The notes beneath the pieces were generated by a model that worked only from the letters and a program-made list of their open reading frames with translations, was not told the origin of the DNA and did no database searches. A DNA stretch of 58,231 nucleotides from NCBI GenBank assembly GCA_964606955.1, contig CAZSHZ010000093.1:1-58231 (forward strand), read 5' to 3'. How positions within the stretch are numbered: position 1 is the first letter of the stretch; each line of letters opens with the position of its first letter. Below, in pieces: positions 51,581 to 58,231 of the stretch. The DNA is from an uncultured Nitrospirota bacterium. GTDB taxonomy: Bacteria > Nitrospirota > Nitrospiria > SBBL01 > CAZSHZ01. Both the position numbers and the translations under genes were made by a program.

Positions 51581-52562
51581 CGGCCGGACGACCTATATCC
51601 GGGCGATCCGGGACGCCCTCTTCGAGGAGATGAAGCGGGACGAGAATGTCTTCATCCTGGGAGAGGATGTGGCAGTGCTCGGCGGCGCCTTCAAGGCGAC
51701 GGAGGGGCTCTACCAGGAGTTCGGCCCCGAGCGGGTGATCGACACGCCGATTGCCGAGTCGCTGATCGTCGGCGCCGCGATCGGCGCGGCAATCCTGGGG
51801 ATGCGGCCGGTCACCGAGATGCAGTTCGGGGACTTCATCTCATGCGCCTTCGATCAGATCGTCAACATGGCGGCGACGCTCCGTTATCGACACGGCGGGA
51901 AGGCGTCGGTGCCGATCGTCATCCGCTGTCCTTCGGGCGCTGGGGTCCACGGGGGGCTCTTCCACTCCCAGAATCCGGAATCCTGGTTCATGCCGACGCC
52001 GGGACTGAAGATCGTCGCACCGGCGACCGCTTACGACGCCAAGGGACTCTTGAAGGCCGCAATCCGGGACAATGACCCCGTAATTTTTTTCGAGCATAAG
52101 GGGCTCTACCGGAGGATCAGCGAACCGCTCCCCGCGGAGGAGTACGTCGTCCCCCTCGGAAAAGGAGAGGTTCGCCGATCGGGGAGAGACTTGACGATCG
52201 TGACCTACAGTGCGATGGTGCATACGGCGCTGAAGGCGGCCGAGCGATTGGCCTCGGAGGAGAGGATCGAGGCTGAAGTGATCGACTTGAGGACCTTAAA
52301 ACCTTGGGACCGTCGGATGGTCGCCGAATCGGTGAAAAAGACCAGTAAGGTGATGATCGTACACGAGGACCGCAGGACCGGAGGGATCGGGGCGGAGATC
52401 GCGGCCACGATCGGGGAGACCCTCTTCGAACACCTCGACGGCCCGGTCGTAAGGCTCTGCGCCGAAGATACACACTACGCCTTCTCGCCGCCGCTGGAGG
52501 ATTTCATTCTTCCGAACGAAGAGAAGATCGTCGCAAAGGCGAAGTGGCTTGCGGCGTACTGA
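51561..52562 (+). CDS. 2-oxoacid dehydrogenase E1 component beta subunit
   Basis: Typical E1-beta pattern: LGEDVAVLGGAFKATEGL, DTPIAESLIVGAAIGAA and HSQNPESWF. Confidence 0.9.
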   Translation: MPTQSTDGRTTYIRAIRDALFEEMKRDENVFILGEDVAVLGGAFKATEGLYQEFGPERVIDTPIAESLIVGAAIGAAILGMRPVTEMQFGDFISCAFDQIVNMAATLRYRHGGKASVPIVIRCPSGAGVHGGLFHSQNPESWFMPTPGLKIVAPATAYDAKGLLKAAIRDNDPVIFFEHKGLYRRISEPLPAEEYVVPLGKGEVRRSGRDLTIVTYSAMVHTALKAAERLASEERIEAEVIDLRTLKPWDRRMVAESVKKTSKVMIVHEDRRTGGIGAEIAATIGETLFEHLDGPVVRLCAEDTHYAFSPPLEDFILPNEEKIVAKAKWLAAY

Positions 52563-52601
52563 AGCGGCGGAAGGGGACCTGTCCCCTTCCGCAGGAGCGC
52601 G

Positions 52602-53780
52602 ATGCCGACAAAGGTGATCATGCCGCAACTCGGTGAGAGCGTGGTTGAAGGGACGATTGCGAAGTGGCTCGTCTCCGAGGGGGATCGGATCAAGCGGGAT
52701 CAGCCGATCGCGTTAATATCGACAGACAAGATCGACGTCGAGATCCCCGCGCCTGCCGAAGGGATCCTAAAATTTCTGATCCCCGAGGGGGGGGTCGCCC
52801 CGGTCGGGAGCGAAATCGCCCTGATCGGGCAGGAGGGGGAGGCCGAGCCCTCCAAGACGGCGGTTCCCACGCCGGAAAAATCTGAAGCGCCCCTTAAGGG
52901 AGAGGAACCCCGTCTCTCGCCGCTGGTCCGGCGATTGGCGGCGGAGCACCGGGTTGATCTTTCCAAGGTCAAAGGGAGCGGCCTCTCCGGCCGGATCACA
53001 AAAGAAGACATCCTCGCCACCGCGGCTCCGGGACGGACCGCAGCACCTCCCGCCGCGCCGCCGCCTGCCGAGGACCATACCTACAAGCCTCCGGTCGTCG
53101 AGCCGCAAGAGGGGGACCGCGTCCTCCCCTTCTCGCGCCTCCGGAAGTTGACCGCCGAACATATGGTGTTCAGCAAGAGGAACGCCGCCCATGTCACCAC
53201 GGTCGCCGAGATTGATATGTGGAATGTCGGCCGTGCCCGGGAGGGGACCGACCTTTCCTATCTCCCCTTCGTCGTCTTCGCCGCGATCGAGGCGCTCAAG
53301 GAATTTCCCCAGATGAACGCGGCGGTCCAGGGCGATTCGCTGATCATTCGAAAGGCGATCAATATCGGAATCGCCGTGGAGACCGAACGCGGATTGGTCG
53401 TGCCGGTCATCCGCAGGGCGGACGAGAAATCGCTCAAAGGGCTCGCCGCGATGATCTTGGATCTGGCGGTTCGCGCCCGCGAACAGCGACTCCTTCCGGA
53501 CGACATCGCGGGGGGGACGTTCACCGTAACGAATCCGGGGAAGAAGGGAAATCTTTTCGGAACGCCGATCTTGATGCAGCCGCAGGTCGGCATTCTCCGA
53601 TTGGGAGAGGTCACCAAGCGGCCGGTCGCCGTGGAACGCGACGGCCAGGACACGATTGCGATCCACCCGATGATGTTTCTCGCCCTTTCCTACGACCACC
53701 GGGTGATCGACGGGGTCGCCGGAAACGAGTTTCTACATCGGGTCAAGGAGATCCTTCAGGAGGGGAAGTTTGCCCTCTGA
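52602..53780 (+). CDS. dihydrolipoamide acyltransferase E2 component
   Basis: Lipoyl domain ([13 protein letters not shown]...[13 protein letters not shown]), E3-binding domain ([22 protein letters not shown]) and catalytic DHRVIDG. Confidence 0.9.
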   Translation: MPTKVIMPQLGESVVEGTIAKWLVSEGDRIKRDQPIALISTDKIDVEIPAPAEGILKFLIPEGGVAPVGSEIALIGQEGEAEPSKTAVPTPEKSEAPLKGEEPRLSPLVRRLAAEHRVDLSKVKGSGLSGRITKEDILATAAPGRTAAPPAAPPPAEDHTYKPPVVEPQEGDRVLPFSRLRKLTAEHMVFSKRNAAHVTTVAEIDMWNVGRAREGTDLSYLPFVVFAAIEALKEFPQMNAAVQGDSLIIRKAINIGIAVETERGLVVPVIRRADEKSLKGLAAMILDLAVRAREQRLLPDDIAGGTFTVTNPGKKGNLFGTPILMQPQVGILRLGEVTKRPVAVERDGQDTIAIHPMMFLALSYDHRVIDGVAGNEFLHRVKEILQEGKFAL

Positions 53781-54585
53781 GAAATCGACCCTTCTCGCCG
53801 TCAACAATCTCTCCGTCCGCTTCGGACCGCTGAAGGCGGTTGACGGGATCTCTTTTTCAATCGGAGAGGAGGAGACGCTGGCCCTTGTCGGCGAGTCGGG
53901 GTGCGGAAAGACGATCACCGCTCTCTCGATCCTCCGCCTGGTCCCGCCTCCGGGGGAGATCGTCGCGGGGGAGATCCGCTTCGAGGGGACGGACCTGATG
54001 CGTCTCTCCGAGCGGGAGATGCGGGAGATCCGGGGGGCAAAGATCGCAATGATCTTCCAGGAGCCTTCGACCGCCTTAAATCCGGTGCTGACGATCGGGG
54101 ACCAGGTTTCCGAAGCGCTCCGGGCCCATCAACGAGTCTCCGCGCGCTCGGCCCAGGAGGCGGCGGTCGAGATGCTCCGCCGGGTGGAAATTCCCTCTCC
54201 CGAACAGAGGATTCACGACTATCCGCATCAGCTCTCCGGTGGGATGCGGCAGCGCGCAATGATCGCAATGGCCCTAATGACCCGGCCCAAACTCCTCTTA
54301 GCGGATGAGCCGACCACGGCGCTCGACGTGACCATTCAGGCCCAGATCCTGGATTTGTTGAAACGCCTCAAGGACGAATTTGCGATGTCGGTCCTGCTGA
54401 TCACGCATAACCTCGGAATCGTCGCTGAGACGGCGGACCGGATCGTCGTGATGAACGAGGGGCGGATCGTCGAGGAGGCGCTGACCGGGCCCCTTTTCGC
54501 TCACCCGCGCCACCCTTATACGAACACCCTCCTTGCCGCGGTGCCGAGGCTGGGAAGCCGCCTGCGAGGCCGTCCTGCTCCCTGA
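53770..54585 (+). CDS. ABC transporter ATP-binding protein, DppD/OppD-like
   Basis: Walker A GESGCGKT, signature LSGGMRQR, Walker [13 protein letters not shown]. Confidence 0.85.
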   Translation: MPSEKSTLLAVNNLSVRFGPLKAVDGISFSIGEEETLALVGESGCGKTITALSILRLVPPPGEIVAGEIRFEGTDLMRLSEREMREIRGAKIAMIFQEPSTALNPVLTIGDQVSEALRAHQRVSARSAQEAAVEMLRRVEIPSPEQRIHDYPHQLSGGMRQRAMIAMALMTRPKLLLADEPTTALDVTIQAQILDLLKRLKDEFAMSVLLITHNLGIVAETADRIVVMNEGRIVEEALTGPLFAHPRHPYTNTLLAAVPRLGSRLRGRPAP

Positions 54586-55634
54586 TGTCCTTCCTCACAG
54601 TTAAAAATCTCGTCAAGCACTTCCCGGTCGGGCGAGGCTGGTTCTCGCGGACCACGGAGGTTGTGCATGCGGTGGACGGCGTTACCCTCTCGATGCGCGA
54701 GGGGGAGACGCTCGGGCTGGTCGGAGAGTCGGGCTGCGGCAAGAGCACTCTGGCCCGCCTGATCCTCCGCTTAATTGAGCCGACGTCGGGGGAGATCTTC
54801 TTCGACGGAGAAGATCTCCTCCGGATGGACAAAGAGGCGCTTCGCCGAACGCGCAGAAAGATCCAGATGATCTTCCAGGACCCTTACGCCTCGCTCAATC
54901 CGCGCATGCGGGTCCGAGACATTGTCGGCGAGCCGCTGATCATTCACGGAGCCGGCAACGGCCGGACGCGCCCTCTCTCGAAAGCGGAGCGCGAGGATCG
55001 GGTGGCACAGATCCTGGATCGGGTCGGGCTCTCCCGCGAGGCGATGGAGCGATATCCCCACGCCTTCTCCGGGGGGCAGCGCCAGCGGATCGGCATCGCG
55101 CGCGCCCTGATTTTAAATCCCAAACTGATCGTCGCCGACGAGCCGGTCTCGGCTTTGGACGTCTCCATCCAGGCGCAGGTGATCCGGCTCCTGTTCGACC
55201 TCAAGCGCGAGTTCTCCCTCTCCTATCTCTTCATCGCGCATGATCTGGCCCTAGTCGAGCAGGTCTCCGATCGCGTTGCGGTGATGTATCTGGGAAAGAT
55301 CGTGGAGACGGCCTCCGCCGAGGATCTCTACCAGGCGCCCCTCCATCCCTACACGGAGGCGCTCCTCTCGGCGGTCCCGATCCCCGACCCGACGGTCAAG
55401 CGCAAACGGCTCCTCCTCCCCGGAGACGTCCCCTCGCCCATCTCGCCCCCCTCGGGCTGCCGCTTCCATCCCCGCTGTCCCCTTTACGCCAAATATCGGG
55501 AGCCGATCTGCGTCAATGAAGAACCTCCCCTTACGGAGATCCTGCCGGCTCACTTCGCCTCCTGCCATCTGCGCCAGGCCGGGTACGATATGCCGACGCG
55601 ATCGCCGATCGCTGAAGGGGATTCCGCAAAGTGA
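54585..55634 (+). CDS. ABC transporter ATP-binding protein, DppF/OppF-like with a C-terminal oligopeptide domain
   Basis: [28 protein letters not shown], and a C-terminal [11 protein letters not shown] motif. Confidence 0.85.
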   Translation: MSFLTVKNLVKHFPVGRGWFSRTTEVVHAVDGVTLSMREGETLGLVGESGCGKSTLARLILRLIEPTSGEIFFDGEDLLRMDKEALRRTRRKIQMIFQDPYASLNPRMRVRDIVGEPLIIHGAGNGRTRPLSKAEREDRVAQILDRVGLSREAMERYPHAFSGGQRQRIGIARALILNPKLIVADEPVSALDVSIQAQVIRLLFDLKREFSLSYLFIAHDLALVEQVSDRVAVMYLGKIVETASAEDLYQAPLHPYTEALLSAVPIPDPTVKRKRLLLPGDVPSPISPPSGCRFHPRCPLYAKYREPICVNEEPPLTEILPAHFASCHLRQAGYDMPTRSPIAEGDSAK

Positions 55635-56401
55635 GCCGGACCCGAATGGAGAGGGTTCTCCCGCCGATCCCGGAGGAACTCTCAACGCAGCGCCTAAAAA
55701 ATTATCACGGCGAGGAGTGGCACACGCCTCGCGGCCGGCGGATCCGCGAGGTCGTCTTCGGAATCAACGACGGCGTGATCACCACAATCGGATTCCTCGC
55801 CGGGGTCACCGGCTCCGCCATTCCGCACTCGGTCGTCACGCTGGCCGGGATCGTCATGGTGGCGGCCGGAGCCGTCTCCATGGCGATCGGGGCGTTCGTC
55901 TCCAGTAAGGCGCAGATGGAGTTTTTCGAGCAGGAGATCGCCCGCGAGCGGGAGGAGATCGAGACGGCCCCGGAGAAGGAACGCCAGGAGGTGCACGAGA
56001 TCGTCTCGGAGATGGGTTTTCTTCCCGACGAGGCCGGAATGATCTCCCGCCGGATCACCTCGGACAAGAATCTCTGGCTGTCGTTTATGATGAAGGAGGA
56101 GCTGGGGATCGGCGCTCTGCAGTTCGACAATCCGCTCCATCTCGGGCTCCTCATCGGTTTCTCTTTTCTGCTCGGCGGGGTCCCCCCTCTGTTTCCCTAT
56201 ATCATCCTCGATCGGCCGCTGACGGCCCTCGGCGCCGCGGTGCTGACATCTCTGCTGATCCTTTTTGCGACCGGCGCGATCAAAACCGTCGTGGCGAAAG
56301 GACATTGGTGGAAAAGCGGTCTTTCGATGATGGGGTTCGGAACGGCCGCGGCGGGGATCGGTTTCGCCGCCGGCCTGCTGATCCGAAGTTTCATCGGTTG
56401 A
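55631..56401 (+). CDS. VIT1/CCC1-family iron/manganese transporter
   Basis: [23 protein letters not shown], an acidic cytosolic helix ([19 protein letters not shown]) and C-terminal TM segments. GTG start overlaps the previous stop. Confidence 0.8.
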   Translation: MSRTRMERVLPPIPEELSTQRLKNYHGEEWHTPRGRRIREVVFGINDGVITTIGFLAGVTGSAIPHSVVTLAGIVMVAAGAVSMAIGAFVSSKAQMEFFEQEIAREREEIETAPEKERQEVHEIVSEMGFLPDEAGMISRRITSDKNLWLSFMMKEELGIGALQFDNPLHLGLLIGFSFLLGGVPPLFPYIILDRPLTALGAAVLTSLLILFATGAIKTVVAKGHWWKSGLSMMGFGTAAAGIGFAAGLLIRSFIG

Positions 56402-56508
56402 TCGGCTATGTCCGCGAGGCCTCGCGGCAGCTCGACCTGACCTATGGAAAGATGCGGCTGGAGGAGGGACGATCCCCACCCAGCGGAAAAGGAGGGATAA
56501 TTTCATCA

Positions 56509-56895
56509 CTAGGATTGCAGGAGCTTTTCGATGTTCTGGATGAACTGTTTGGTGGCGCCGATTTCCTCTCGGACCGTGCCCTCGTCAAAGATCGTAGCGG
56601 GGGAGTAGTCGGCGTCTTCTCGATACGCCGCTAATTTCGTGAACAGGCGTGCGTCTGCGGGATCGACCTTGCCGCTCCGTACAAAATGCAGGCCGAACAG
56701 GGTCTTCACTCCGTCGTGCGTCTTCGGATCGAATCCGGAATCAAAGAGAAGGGCTCTCACGTGATGAAAGAGGGCATAGTATAGGCGCGAGATCGCCCCG
56801 CGGAGAAAACCGCTTTCAAAAAGCTTCTCTGCCTCTTTCAGGGCTTCACGGCCGATCTCGAGTTCCAGCTTGACCCGCTCTTCCTGTCCGCTCAC
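56509..56895 (-). CDS. HEPN domain protein (toxin of a HEPN/MNT pair)
   Basis: FLRGAISRLYYALFHHVRALL and ...AAYREDADY near the C-terminus. 4-nt overlap with the upstream nucleotidyltransferase gene. Confidence 0.75.
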   Translation of the reverse strand: MSGQEERVKLELEIGREALKEAEKLFESGFLRGAISRLYYALFHHVRALLFDSGFDPKTHDGVKTLFGLHFVRSGKVDPADARLFTKLAAYREDADYSPATIFDEGTVREEIGATKQFIQNIEKLLQS

Positions 56896-57242
56896 AATTC
56901 AATCCCTTCCGATCTGAGCGCGCGTCCCAGGCCAAGCCCATCCTCCGCATCACGTGCGGTCAGCGCGTGCGGCGAGAGATCAAGACCGGTTTCAAAAGAG
57001 ATTTTCCAAGCGAGGTCGATGAGAAGGTCGCGCACTCGGCCGATCTCTGAATGGACCCCTTCCCGGAAGACCACGGCGATATCAAGATCGGAGTACTCGT
57101 CTGCCTCCCCTCGCGCCCTCGAGCCGAAGAGGATAATCCGCCCGACCTGCGAACCGAGGGATTGCCGCGCCTGATGGGCAAATCGGCTGAGTGCTTCCTG
57201 TTCCAGCGAAGAGATCTTCATCATTAGAACATTATCGCCCAT
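56892..57242 (-). CDS. minimal nucleotidyltransferase (MNT) domain protein
   Basis: ILFGSRARGEADEYSDLDIAVVF matches the GSxxxG...DxD nucleotidyltransferase motif. 116 aa. Confidence 0.8.
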   Translation of the reverse strand: MGDNVLMMKISSLEQEALSRFAHQARQSLGSQVGRIILFGSRARGEADEYSDLDIAVVFREGVHSEIGRVRDLLIDLAWKISFETGLDLSPHALTARDAEDGLGLGRALRSEGIEL

Positions 57243-57328
57243 TGAGATCTAAATTTCAAAACACCTATGAGAACGGGTTGACTTGGGGGCCTGAGCAATG
57301 GTACACAGACCTCTCTAAAGGTCAATCA

Positions 57329-58231
57329 ATGGCCCAATTTATCGAGCGTAGACGCGCAGAGAAGCCAGCCACTTTTCCCGATCGGCGCAGACAGATGCGG
57401 CGACAAAAAACCGGGCCGGTGGAGGCGGAGCACAGGCGGCCGGAGAAGCGCTGGTCGATACGCCGGCGGGTCGAGGCGCAACTTGAGCTCTCCTGCCGCG
57501 GGAGTCCGGTCGCATGCCTCCCGGGTGAAATCAATTCGGAAGGGGTAGACGTCGTCGTGCAGACCCTCCCCGACCTCCTTGCGCGTTACGCAGTCAGGAT
57601 CGATTTTCCCGCGCGGTTTCCGCTGGAGTTCTCCGCAAAAATCGTCCACACAGAGAGGATCGATCCGGAAGGTTTTCGGATCGCCCTTCAGTTCGACCCC
57701 TGCTCTTCCTGGGACAAAAGCCTGCTGGCCGCACTGATTTCCGGCGCCTTCCCGGCGATCTCCGTCGCCGCGCCCGTCGAGAACGCCCCCGCGGAAAAGA
57801 TCGAGGAAATATTCGGGCGGGCACGCGAAGCGTTCGAGGCCTGGAGAAATTTCCCCGTCGAGGAACGGGTGCGGCGGATCCGGCTTTTCTTAAGCGAACT
57901 CTTCAGGCACAAGGACGAGATCATCCGGATCCTCCACGAGGAGACCGGAAAACCGCTCCCTGAGATCGAGATGATGGAGATCGGCGCGATCGACCTGATC
58001 CTCAAGTATTTCGCACAAAACGCCTCCCGCATCCTAAGAGATCGATCGGTCAGGGTCCCGTGGATCTTCGCGAACAAAAAGGCGCTGATCCGCCATATCC
58101 CGCGAGGGATCGTGGGACTGATCACCCCCTGGAACCTCCCGCTGATGATCCCGCTGGGAGACGCCATTCCGGCGCTGATTGCCGGGAATGCGGTTGTCCT
58201 GAAACCCTCCGAGTGGACCTCTCGGACCGCC
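57329..58231 (+). CDS. aldehyde dehydrogenase family protein with an N-terminal PilZ-like domain; 3' end is outside the window
   Basis: This frame is not listed in the track because it is open to the window end. From ATG 57329 it reads MAQFIERRR...HRRPEKRWSIRRRVEAQLEL...GEINSEGVDVVV...FRIALQFD (PilZ-like). It continues EKIEEIFGRAREAFEAWRNFPVEER...GIVGLITPWNLPL...AGNAVVLKPSEWT (ALDH motifs). Confidence 0.75.
   Translation, partial: MAQFIERRRAEKPATFPDRRRQMRRQKTGPVEAEHRRPEKRWSIRRRVEAQLELSCRGSPVACLPGEINSEGVDVVVQTLPDLLARYAVRIDFPARFPLEFSAKIVHTERIDPEGFRIALQFDPCSSWDKSLLAALISGAFPAISVAAPVENAPAEKIEEIFGRAREAFEAWRNFPVEERVRRIRLFLSELFRHKDEIIRILHEETGKPLPEIEMMEIGAIDLILKYFAQNASRILRDRSVRVPWIFANKKALIRHIPRGIVGLITPWNLPLMIPLGDAIPALIAGNAVVLKPSEWTSRTA

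Noticed and set aside
56412-56427. Perfect palindrome CCGCGAGGCCTCGCGG after the VIT1 gene
   Set aside because: It could be a convergent-gene hairpin, but it has no loop or U-tract. Its arms resemble the multicopper oxidase terminator stem, but a 16-nt GC palindrome may arise by chance in this composition.
1-58231. Search by eye for tRNA, rRNA, CRISPR, transposase, integrase or phage genes
   Set aside because: None was found. Intergenic regions are short and none shows tRNA-like T-arm signatures. No ORF shows DDE, tyrosine- or serine-recombinase motifs.

Overview
GC-rich, densely coded bacterial chromosome segment. I cannot assign a lineage from sequence alone. All calls rest on motif and family recognition in the supplied translations plus my own reading of the DNA; nothing was searched or computed. 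No rRNA, tRNA, CRISPR array, transposase or integrase was recognised.

Gene content, in order:
- Secreted repeat proteins: a propeller fragment, an FG-GAP protein and an FGE-like protein.
- An aquaporin.
- A sulfur-relay module: tusA, a cysteine-desulfurase-like gene that lacks the PLP lysine, and a divergent tusDCB/dsrEFH-like trio.
- A complete iscRSUA-hscBA-fdx-iscX operon.
- tgt-yajC-secDF, argS, lnt, and prfB with its programmed +1 frameshift.
- Three tandem monoheme cytochromes c, then pabB/pabC-like genes and a CorC/HlyC transporter.
- An Rrf2-aprA-aprB-sat cluster.
- A seven-gene accessory cluster of unknown function: a His-rich triple-repeat secreted protein, HEAT-repeat protein, MerR regulator, YVTN propeller, Mrp/ApbC, PCP_red protein and a haem-oxygenase-like enzyme.
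- A Phd antitoxin with a toxin remnant, a frameshifted dtd, and anmK.
- A Zn/Mn-type ABC importer followed by a 1594-aa internally triplicated multicopper oxidase and secreted propeller proteins.
- A PiT transporter, 2-oxoacid dehydrogenase E1alpha/E1beta/E2, two orphan Dpp/Opp-type ATPases, a VIT1 transporter and a HEPN/MNT pair.
- A PilZ-like/aldehyde dehydrogenase fusion cut by the window end.

Most noteworthy:
- The giant multicopper oxidase and its metal-handling neighbourhood.
- A small GC-rich palindromic element with compensatory stem changes, found twice in an intergenic spacer and twice translated in frame inside hscA and the CorC-family gene.
- The lysine-less desulfurase paralog coupled to tusA.
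- The 31.9-37.1 kb cluster of unknown function.
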